In this document: in pieces, positions 56,357-64,000 of the stretch | Layout: each line of letters begins with the position of its first letter | How positions within the stretch are numbered: the stretch's first letter is position 1 | Assembly: GCA_963674755.2 (NCBI GenBank) | Contig: CAXXVS010000003.1 | Coordinates: forward strand, 2,464,001-2,528,000 | Length of the DNA stretch: 64,000 bases | Origin: Desulfobacterales bacterium | GTDB lineage: Bacteria; Desulfobacterota; Desulfobacteria; Desulfobacterales; UBA5852 | Direction: 5' to 3' | Program-made: the position numbers and the translations under genes | Notes under the pieces: generated by a model | Databases searched by the model: none | What the model was told of the DNA's origin: nothing | What the model saw: the letters and a program-made list of their open reading frames with translations, nothing else

Positions 56357-57475
56357 TCAGCTTGCCGCTGAAACAGCGCGCTCCGCACTGGATAAGGCGC
56401 CTTCCAGGTAACCGCCCAAATCGTCGGCGGTTTCCGTGCCGGCCAGGTGCAGGGTGCCATCCCAGATGCTTGTTTCTCCGGCAGGCGGCTGGAACTCGGG
56501 ATGATTGTGGGCGGCCCGCTGGTCGTATTCAGTGGCCGTAAATGCTTCCCGGGCCCAATCCTGATAATAGATTTTGACGGGCTGTCCGGCCGCCGGTCCG
56601 TAAAGAAGGGCCAGCTGGGCCAGGATGGGCCGGATCATCATGTCGCTAGGTTTGCGCCGCAGGGCCGGAATGCCGACAAACCCGGTCAGCCCATAGGGCC
56701 GGTCGGCCGCACCGGAAGCGTCATGAATCTCCCCCAGGGGGCCGCACAGGCTGAACCCCTGGCCGGAAAGGCCGATCTTGCGCCAATCGGCCCTGTCATA
56801 CAGAGCAAAGAATTTGGCCTGGCCGGCCATCCAGGTGCTGGCTTTCAACATGGCCTGGGTAAGATCGTAGGGCAACTCCGGGGTGAACAAAATGGAGCGC
56901 GCCGCCAGCCGGGGCGGCAGAGCGAGGATGACCCGGGCGGCTTGCAACCGGCACTGGGGTTCCTGGTCAAGGCGCCCGACCGTCACCCGAACACCATCGT
57001 CCCGCCGTTCGATCTCGCAGACCGGATGATTCAGACGGATGACGTCTTGGGGTATCCGGGTGCAAAGTCCCTTGACCAGCGCGATCATACCCCCGTCAAG
57101 CCGCCATCCGGGCGGCTCCATGGGATAGCCCTCGATGGTTTCCGTATGGCCGTCCTTGGTCTGGAACCGCCCCAGGCCGGTTTCAAACTGGGGATAGCCT
57201 TTAAGGCCCAGGGTTTCAATCAGCGCCGCGACCTTGGGGTTGATCGTGGGCCAATACCAGGATGGCCCCAAGTCGGCAAAAAAGCCCTGATGCTCCGGAC
57301 TCAAAATGCGGCCGCCCACACGGGAGCGGGCTTCGAGCAGAACCAGGGATTGGGTCTCGGCCGCCAGCCGAAAGGCCGCATAAACCCCGCTGAGGCCGCC
57401 CCCGATGATGATGGTATCCACCCGTTCCGGATGCCTGGCGGCACCTCTGCCTTTGCTATGCAGGGTGAGGCTCAC
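56357..57475 (-). CDS. Flavin monoamine oxidase family protein
   Basis: IIGGGLSG, EARSRVGGR and GYLEGAL. Confidence 0.9.
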   Translation of the reverse strand: MSLTLHSKGRGAARHPERVDTIIIGGGLSGVYAAFRLAAETQSLVLLEARSRVGGRILSPEHQGFFADLGPSWYWPTINPKVAALIETLGLKGYPQFETGLGRFQTKDGHTETIEGYPMEPPGWRLDGGMIALVKGLCTRIPQDVIRLNHPVCEIERRDDGVRVTVGRLDQEPQCRLQAARVILALPPRLAARSILFTPELPYDLTQAMLKASTWMAGQAKFFALYDRADWRKIGLSGQGFSLCGPLGEIHDASGAADRPYGLTGFVGIPALRRKPSDMMIRPILAQLALLYGPAAGQPVKIYYQDWAREAFTATEYDQRAAHNHPEFQPPAGETSIWDGTLHLAGTETADDLGGYLEGALSSAERAVSAAS

Positions 57476-58140
57476 GTTTCGCGGGCCACATCCCGGTCAA
57501 AGTCAACCACGTCACCGGATTCGGCCAGGGTGTAGGCCTGGCGGAAGGTTTCCCGGATGGCTTCGATGGGCACATCCCGGAATTCGCCGCGGTGGGCCAG
57601 GTATTCCATGTGACGGTTCCCGGCCAGGTCGAACGGCTGGTAGATGGCGTCGTCCCGGCCATTGAATTCGAGCGGGTGCAGACGGAAGCGCTCGCAAAGC
57701 TCGATGTTGAAAGCCGGGGTGGCCTTGACCCAGCGGTTGTTGAGAAAAAGGGTGGTATAGCCGTGCCAGTAGAACACGTCGGTCTGCATCTGGGCCCGCA
57801 TACGGGCGGTGGACAGGTGATTGCGGACGTCGGCAAACCCCAGACGGGCGGGAATGCCCACCGCCCGGCAGACGGCGGCCAGCAGGATCGCCTTGGGAAC
57901 GCACCAGCCCCGGCCTTTGGCCAGGGTGGCGCTGGCCCGCAGCCCCGCCACCGACAAGTCGATGGCGTAGGGGTCATAGCGGATGCCGTCGCGGACGGCA
58001 TAGTAGAGCTTACGGGCGGCTTCTTCAGTTGTCGCCGCCTGTCCGGCGGTTTCTTCGGCCAGGCGGCGGATGGCGGGATGGTCGCTGTCGACGGTTTCCG
58101 AAGGTGTCAGAAAGGGTTCCAGATCGGTATTCGTTTCCAT
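57472..58140 (-). CDS. Transglutaminase-like protein
   Basis: GWCVPKA and WHGY...WVKATPAFN. Confidence 0.88.
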   Translation of the reverse strand: METNTDLEPFLTPSETVDSDHPAIRRLAEETAGQAATTEEAARKLYYAVRDGIRYDPYAIDLSVAGLRASATLAKGRGWCVPKAILLAAVCRAVGIPARLGFADVRNHLSTARMRAQMQTDVFYWHGYTTLFLNNRWVKATPAFNIELCERFRLHPLEFNGRDDAIYQPFDLAGNRHMEYLAHRGEFRDVPIEAIRETFRQAYTLAESGDVVDFDRDVARET

Positions 58141-58565
58141 AAAAACCTATTCATGCAATGGTTCTGTTCATCAAGGTGTCTTCGGGGAGATCCCCGTGCC
58201 GCCGGGCGGGCAGCACCAGCGACCGCAACCCTTTTAAACCCCATGCGTCGCGGAAGCAAGTATGGATACGCCCTAACGTGTCCCTAACCGCCTATGGGTA
58301 AACAAGCATGAGGCCGGAAGGACGGCGCGCTCCGATGTGAAGAGCGCCGCAACCCCAATGTGAGTATTTTCGCTATGGTCGCAAAACCGCATTTCGGCCC
58401 TATGGGCCGTCGATGCACAGGCTGCTGACGGGGTGGCCTCATGGTGCCCTGGGCCGAAGGGGGGCCTGAAATTGGCTTCCGGGTTTAATTGGGGTTGATT
58501 TCATGATATGGTATGTTTTATGAGAAATGGGTACTACATGTAGTGGCTTTAACAAGGAGTTGTCT

Positions 58566-59894
58566 ATGCCCCAAGCCAAGAGAACCTTTGTTCTGGACAC
58601 CAATGTCATCCTGCACGACAGCACCTGCATCTACCAGTTCGACGAACACGACATCGTCATTCCCATCACCGTCATCGAGGAGTTGGACCGTTTCAAGAAG
58701 GGCAAGGATATCCTCAACTGCAACGCCCGGGAGTTTCTGCGGTCCCTGGACGCCCTCACGGGGCACCACATTTTCAATGGCGGGGTGCCCATTGGCGAGG
58801 GCAAAGGCAAAATCTCGGTTCGCCTGGAGTCCGCCTTTCATGAGAAATTGAAGGACAACTTCAGCAGCACCCAGCCCGATCACCGCATCCTCAACAGCGC
58901 CTACCAGATTGCAATCAACCAGGGGTTTGAGCGGGCCGTTCTGGTCACTAAAGACGTGAACCTGCGCATGAAGGCCAAATCCGTCGGATTGACGGCTGAA
59001 AACTATCGCTCGGACCACGTAAAAAACCCGGCGGAACTCTACAAGGGGCTCAGCGTGCTGGAAAACGTGGACGGCAGCCTCATCGACCTGCTCTACCAGT
59101 CGCCCTACGAGGTCCCGGTAGGCGCGCTGGACCTGGAAGCGCCCCTGCTGGCCAACGAATTCCTGATTCTGCGCAACGGGCGCAAGTCCGCCCTGGGGTA
59201 CTTCGACATTGCCTCGGAGACCGTGCAGCGGATCGAAAATCACGGCTGCTTCGGCATCCGGCCGCGTAATGCCGAGCAATGCTTCGCCCTCAATGCCTTG
59301 CTGGACCGGAACATTCCCCTGGTGACCATGAGCGGCAAGGCCGGCACCGGCAAGACCTTGCTGGCCCTGGCGGCCGCCCTGGAAACCAAGCGCCACTACC
59401 GTCAGATTTTTGTGGCCCGGCCGGTGGTGCCCCTCAGCAACAAGGACCTGGGCTATCTGCCCGGGGATGTGAATTCCAAGCTCGATCCTTACATGCAGCC
59501 CCTCTACGACAACCTTTCGGTGATCCAGACCCAGCTGTCATCGGACAAGGCCCGCAGCAAACGCATCAGCGAGATGATCGAGGAGGAGAAGATCGTCATC
59601 ACGCCCCTGTCCTACATCCGGGGGCGCAGCATCGTAAAAGCCTTTTTCATCGTGGACGAGGCCCAGAACCTGACCCCCCATGAGGTCAAGACCATCATCA
59701 CCCGGGCCGGGGAAGGCACCAAGATCGTCTTCACGGGCGACGTTTTCCAGATCGACCATCCTTATCTGGACAGCAACTCCAACGGGCTGAGTTTTTTGAT
59801 TGAAAAGATGAAGGGGGAGCGCCTCTACGCCCACATCAATCTTGAAAAGGGCGAGCGCTCGGAGCTTTCCGACCTGGCCACGCGGCTGCTCTGA
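58566..59894 (+). CDS. phoH: PIN-PhoH fusion (PhoH2-type) protein
   Basis: VLDTNV PIN domain; GKAGTGKT, RGRS and DEAQN. Confidence 0.92.
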   Translation: MPQAKRTFVLDTNVILHDSTCIYQFDEHDIVIPITVIEELDRFKKGKDILNCNAREFLRSLDALTGHHIFNGGVPIGEGKGKISVRLESAFHEKLKDNFSSTQPDHRILNSAYQIAINQGFERAVLVTKDVNLRMKAKSVGLTAENYRSDHVKNPAELYKGLSVLENVDGSLIDLLYQSPYEVPVGALDLEAPLLANEFLILRNGRKSALGYFDIASETVQRIENHGCFGIRPRNAEQCFALNALLDRNIPLVTMSGKAGTGKTLLALAAALETKRHYRQIFVARPVVPLSNKDLGYLPGDVNSKLDPYMQPLYDNLSVIQTQLSSDKARSKRISEMIEEEKIVITPLSYIRGRSIVKAFFIVDEAQNLTPHEVKTIITRAGEGTKIVFTGDVFQIDHPYLDSNSNGLSFLIEKMKGERLYAHINLEKGERSELSDLATRLL

Positions 59895-59949
59895 ATCGAC
59901 CGTCCCGACCGGGATTTCGTCCGGGTTGCTTAGTTTTGATTTACCCCCC

Positions 59950-60260
59950 CCTCTGGTGGCGGAGCCGTAGAAGTTCGACCAATCCGGGCGGTGTTTTTGT
60001 ATGCGGATTCTTCATTTTCTTCCACGTGGAAGAAAACGGAAGCAATCACGCCTCGGCGTGACAGGCTTCAAACGCCCGTGTCCCGCTTGACCCTGCGCGT
60101 CGTCGCGGCGGCCGGAGCACGCGGAAACTCGCCCCGCCTTCGCCAAGGCTACGGCGGGACTCAGACAGTCCGCGCGCTTTAATCCGTCCGCCCCGCCGAT
60201 GCTCGGCGCGGAACAAAGGGAAACCTGAAAACCAAAGACAAAAACACCTTTTTGAAGCCT
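59950..60260 (+). repeat. Long structured dispersed repeat, family B, copy 3
   Basis: Shares the blocks listed for copy 1; carries a CCGCCTTCGCCAAGGCTACGGCGG hairpin insert. Confidence 0.8.
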
Positions 60261-60520
60261 CTTTCCATGTCTGCAACCTTTCGATATCCTTTGTCTCTGT
60301 TGAGGGTGGTTTTGGCCTTGGTGGAAGGTAATACCAATATGGATGGGCACAATCCTAATGCCCCCCGCTCCCGTGACAGGGCGTTTGCGATGCCTCCGTT
60401 CATGGCGTGCGGGGAAAATGGTTCCGGGCATGGTTGAACATCGAAGACGTTCAATGGTATGCGGGCTATTGCGATTAAACCGATCGACGCCATCGCCGCT
60501 TAGCTATTCCAAGGAGACCC

Positions 60521-61021
60521 ATGAAAATCGATGCCCGCTGCAAGCCCCTGCCCACCAGTGCCGACCACAATTGCTTTGCCTGCAGTCCGGCCAATGAGGC
60601 CGGTTTGCAAATGACCTTTTTTCAATACGAGGATACGCTGCTGTCGCGTGTGACCATCCCGGACCACTTGGGCGGATGGAATGCGGTGACCCACGGCGGT
60701 GTGGTCTCCACCATCCTGGACGAGACCATGAGCTGGGCTGCCATGGTGCTGCTCAAACGCCTCAGTTTCACCCAGAAGATGACCGTGGAGTTCCGGAAAA
60801 CAGTCGCCGTGGGCGCGACCATGGAAGCCGAGGCCCGTATCCGGGAGGTGAAAGACCACCGGGAGGCGGCCCTGGAAGGCGTCCTCAGCGATGCGGCGGG
60901 CACGGTATGTGCGGTGTCGGAAGGCACCTTCCGGATTTTCGCTCCGGCCGTGGCCAAGCGGCTGAAGCTCGTGGATGACAAGATGCTGGCTTGGTTCCAC
61001 GGCCTGTTTGAAGGAGGTTGA
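60521..61021 (+). CDS. PaaI-family thioesterase
   Basis: CFACS..N..GL and HGGVVSTILDE. Confidence 0.9.
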   Translation: MKIDARCKPLPTSADHNCFACSPANEAGLQMTFFQYEDTLLSRVTIPDHLGGWNAVTHGGVVSTILDETMSWAAMVLLKRLSFTQKMTVEFRKTVAVGATMEAEARIREVKDHREAALEGVLSDAAGTVCAVSEGTFRIFAPAVAKRLKLVDDKMLAWFHGLFEGG

Positions 61022-61939
61022 ATGGACCTGACGGATCTGCCGCTCAGCACACCCGCTTTGCTGGATGGCGGGATGGGGCGCGAATTGCGCTTTCGCGGGG
61101 TGCCCGTGCCCGCGACCATCTGGTCGGCGGGCGCCCTGATGACCGATCCCGACGTGGTGCGCCAGATCCATGCGGACTTCATCGCCGCCGGGGCCGACAT
61201 CATTACCACCAACACCTACGGGGTTATCCGCAGCGATCTGGCCCAGGTAGGACGCGAAGACCGCTTGGCCGACCTCAACCGCCTGGCCGGTCGCCTGGCC
61301 GCGCAAGCGCGGGATGCGAGTCCCCGCAAGGCCTGGATCGCCGGATCGCTGCCGCCCCTGCGGGGCAGCTACCGGCCAGACCGGGTGGGGCCGCCCGCCG
61401 AGATCGAAGCCCTCTACCGGGAGCAGGCCGAGCTGTTGGCACCCTTCGTGGACCTTTTCCTGTGCGAAACCATGTCCTCAGCGGCCGAGGGGCGCGCGGC
61501 GGCATCCGCCGCCTGTTGTACCGGCAAGCCGGTCTGGGTGGCCTGGACCCTGCACGAGGACCGCTCCGGCAACCTGCGCAGCGGGGAGTCCATCACGGCC
61601 GCGGCGGGTGCCCTGGAAGGGTTGCCGGTCAGCGGCTGCCTGGCCAATTGCTGCGCGCCCGAGAGCATTACCCGCGCCATGTCCCGTCTGGCCCGTTTGG
61701 GCGTTCCATGGGTCGGTGGCTATGCCAATACCTTTAGCCCTGTCCCCCAAGACTGGACCCTGGGCGGGGACAAAGAGACCGACGGGCTTTTGGACCTGCG
61801 TGCAGATCTGGATCCCGAACGCTACGCCGACCACGCGGCGGACTGGCTGGCGAACGGGGCCACGGTGGTGGGGGGCTGTTGCGGCACCCGGCCGGCCCAC
61901 ATCGCCAGGCTGCGGGCCCTCATCGACCGGGGGCGGTGA
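61022..61939 (+). CDS. Homocysteine S-methyltransferase family protein
   Basis: LLDGGMG, NC and GGCCG. Confidence 0.92.
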   Translation: MDLTDLPLSTPALLDGGMGRELRFRGVPVPATIWSAGALMTDPDVVRQIHADFIAAGADIITTNTYGVIRSDLAQVGREDRLADLNRLAGRLAAQARDASPRKAWIAGSLPPLRGSYRPDRVGPPAEIEALYREQAELLAPFVDLFLCETMSSAAEGRAAASAACCTGKPVWVAWTLHEDRSGNLRSGESITAAAGALEGLPVSGCLANCCAPESITRAMSRLARLGVPWVGGYANTFSPVPQDWTLGGDKETDGLLDLRADLDPERYADHAADWLANGATVVGGCCGTRPAHIARLRALIDRGR

Positions 61940-61981
61940 CTGGCCGGCCGGGAGGCTCCGGATGGGAGGCGCCTTTTCCGG

Positions 61982-62689
61982 TCAGGCCGGAGCGGGCACT
62001 TCGATCCAGGTCGCCCTGGCTTTGGCGATACAGCTACCGGCGGCGTCGAAAAGGGCGGTGCCGGTCCGGTGCTTGCGGCCGTCCCGGGCCAACTCCCATC
62101 CGATCACCACATGCGCGGCGCCGGCCTGGGCCGTTTGAGCCACGTTGGCCGTCATTTCCCCCAGCAGGACCGCTCCGTCCGAAGGCCATTCGAAGGAAAA
62201 CGCGCCGGGACAGTCCAGGACCGCCCACACAAATTCCGCCCTGACGGTGCCGGCCGTGCCCGCCAGAGCCGCATCCGGCGTCCAGGGGGCCGCCACCATC
62301 GATCTTCGGGGGAGCGGTCCCGGGAAAATGCGAAGGCCGTCGGCGGGGGCGCGATCCGGCCCGCAGACGAAACAGCCCGGGTAAGGGTGGGATCGATGCC
62401 CCCGGTAGCCCCGGGAAGCCTGCAAGGCCTCGTCAAACGCCGGCGGTGCGGGTGGCTCCAGGTCAAGCTCGCCCGGCCGGGCTTGGGCCACCACCCGCTC
62501 CCCGTCCAACAGGGCCCAGCCTGCGGCATCGGGGCGGACCCGCAGTTCGGTTTCCAGCCGGGGCGGGCTTATAAGGCGCACGGTGGCCGGTCCCTGGATA
62601 TAGGCCGCCAGGCAACCGCAGACATAGCCCCCGTTACCCGAGTCGGGGGGGCCTTGAAAACGCCGCTCGATCATGATGCTGTTCGTCAA
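61982..62689 (-). CDS. Double hotdog-fold protein
   Basis: FQGPPDSGNGGY, CFVCG and LDCP. Confidence 0.8.
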   Translation of the reverse strand: MTNSIMIERRFQGPPDSGNGGYVCGCLAAYIQGPATVRLISPPRLETELRVRPDAAGWALLDGERVVAQARPGELDLEPPAPPAFDEALQASRGYRGHRSHPYPGCFVCGPDRAPADGLRIFPGPLPRRSMVAAPWTPDAALAGTAGTVRAEFVWAVLDCPGAFSFEWPSDGAVLLGEMTANVAQTAQAGAAHVVIGWELARDGRKHRTGTALFDAAGSCIAKARATWIEVPAPA

Positions 62690-62704
62690 GGGCTGATCCT
62701 TTCA

Positions 62705-63100
62705 TCATGCGTCGTGATGCATCACGACGCATTCGGCTTCCATTTCCACCAGCCAGGCCGGGTCGATCAGGCGGCTGACTTCCACGAAGGTGCAGGCCGG
62801 GCGGATGTCACCGAAGATTTCGCCGTGGGCCCGGGCGGCCTCTTGCCAACGCAGGGCGTCCGTGACGTAGACCCGGGTGCGGATGACGTCCTCCAGCCGG
62901 CCGCCGGCCGCTTCAATGGCTTCCCGAATGATCTCGATGCAGCGCCGGGTCTGCCGGTACATGTCGCCGGGGTGGGCGGCCGTGCCGTCCGGGGCGATGG
63001 GCGCCGTGCCGGAAACCGCAATGCGGTCGCCCATGCGCACGGCCCGGGAGAAGCCGATCGGTTTTTCAAAGGGGGAACCGGAAGAGATGTTTTGGCGCAT
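62705..63100 (-). CDS. RidA/YjgF-family protein
   Basis: GFSRAVR..VSGT and LVEMEA. Confidence 0.9.
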   Translation of the reverse strand: MRQNISSGSPFEKPIGFSRAVRMGDRIAVSGTAPIAPDGTAAHPGDMYRQTRRCIEIIREAIEAAGGRLEDVIRTRVYVTDALRWQEAARAHGEIFGDIRPACTFVEVSRLIDPAWLVEMEAECVVMHHDA

Positions 63101-63124
63101 AATAGTGGCCCTTTCTTTGGCGAT

Positions 63125-64000
63125 TCAATTGGCTGACATGGTTTTGGCGATATAGTGCACCATCTGGCCGGCTACGAGGGCCACTACTTCCCGGGGGAGG
63201 AAGTCCACCGGCGCCTCGGCCATGATCCGGTTCGTGACGATGGCGGCGGTTCGGGCTTCGTCACCGGTTGCGGTGAAGGTCGCTTCCAGAAATTGGCGGG
63301 TTTCGGCGGCTGCGGCCAGGGCGTCCTGCAGAAAGCGCCGCCCCTCTTCGCCGGAGCGGGCCCCGTAATGTTCGGCCAGGTGAATGGCGACATCCCGGGC
63401 GGCCATTTTCGCCAGGCTGGCCTGGTAGAGATCGAAATTGGAATTGGCGGCCGTGAAGATCTTGTCGCCAAAGGGAACCCCCCCGGCATCCGAGGCGAAC
63501 AAGGCTTTCTCTTCGGGGATGTAAATGGCGAGGGAGCACGAGGAATGGCCCGGGACTTCCATGATTTCCAAAGACAGGTCGCTGCAGGGCAGGGTCTCAC
63601 CGTCACCCACGACCGCCTCCACAGCGATGCCATCAAACCGCAGGTCGTCATCCCCGGCGTCCCCGGTCAGACCGGAGGACGCGACCAGGGCCTGGTTGAG
63701 GGCGGCGATATGGGCGACCACCTTGGGTTTTTGCAGCAGTTCCCTGCTCCTGGCCGAGGCTGTAACCACAGCCCAGGGCCAGCGGCGTTTCAAAAACGGC
63801 ACCATGCCGCAGTGATCGAAATGACTGTGCAGGATGACGATCCGGCGGATTTTGGTTTCGTCAATGCCGAAGCGCTTCACCTGGTCCAACACGTCCGGTG
63901 CCACGTAGGCCATGGCCCCGCCCAGGAGGGCGTATTCATCTTCCCCGCCGACGATGTAGGCGCAGGACTCGCTGCGGCCCACCAGCCAGATGCGGTCGGT
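63125..64000 (-). CDS. MBL-fold metallo-hydrolase (5' end outside the window)
   Basis: HSHFDHCG, PGHS and FASD. Confidence 0.88.
   Translation of the reverse strand, partial: TDRIWLVGRSESCAYIVGGEDEYALLGGAMAYVAPDVLDQVKRFGIDETKIRRIVILHSHFDHCGMVPFLKRRWPWAVVTASARSRELLQKPKVVAHIAALNQALVASSGLTGDAGDDDLRFDGIAVEAVVGDGETLPCSDLSLEIMEVPGHSSCSLAIYIPEEKALFASDAGGVPFGDKIFTAANSNFDLYQASLAKMAARDVAIHLAEHYGARSGEEGRRFLQDALAAAAETRQFLEATFTATGDEARTAAIVTNRIMAEAPVDFLPREVVALVAGQMVHYIAKTMSAN

Noticed and set aside
1..64000. tRNA, rRNA or prophage genes
   Set aside because: None recognised by eye; a tRNAscan/Rfam run would be needed to exclude them formally.

Overview
The window is a GC-rich chromosomal backbone from a probable anaerobic deltaproteobacterium (Desulfobacterales-like; inferred from gene content and repeat types). 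It carries two BMP-family nucleoside/purine ABC operons, signalling genes and redox genes. A visibly AT-richer accessory island runs from about 6.8 kb to 35.2 kb. The island is an integron-type cassette region with at least 11 recognisable attC sites and three co-oriented attI-like sites, but no integron integrase gene. It is punctuated by eight co-oriented copies of a 57-62 bp palindrome (GGGGTCAAGTCTGC...GCAGACTTGACCCC) plus several related GGGGTC/GGGGC/GGGAC hairpins. These sit at the break points between cassette sub-arrays and non-integron cargo, next to the ends and an internally deleted copy of a RAYT-like (Y1 HUH) transposase. My main hypothesis is a second, palindrome/HUH-driven module-shuffling layer superimposed on an integron. 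The cargo includes a SAM-methyltransferase/HgcA-like/ferredoxin triple fusion, nuclease-like, FRG and DUF2971 cassettes and a HipBA-type module. The island also holds two complete IS elements with target duplications, a group IIC-attC intron remnant and a MITE; further MITEs and a long structured repeat lie in the backbone. All calls are by eye from motifs; no database searches were run.
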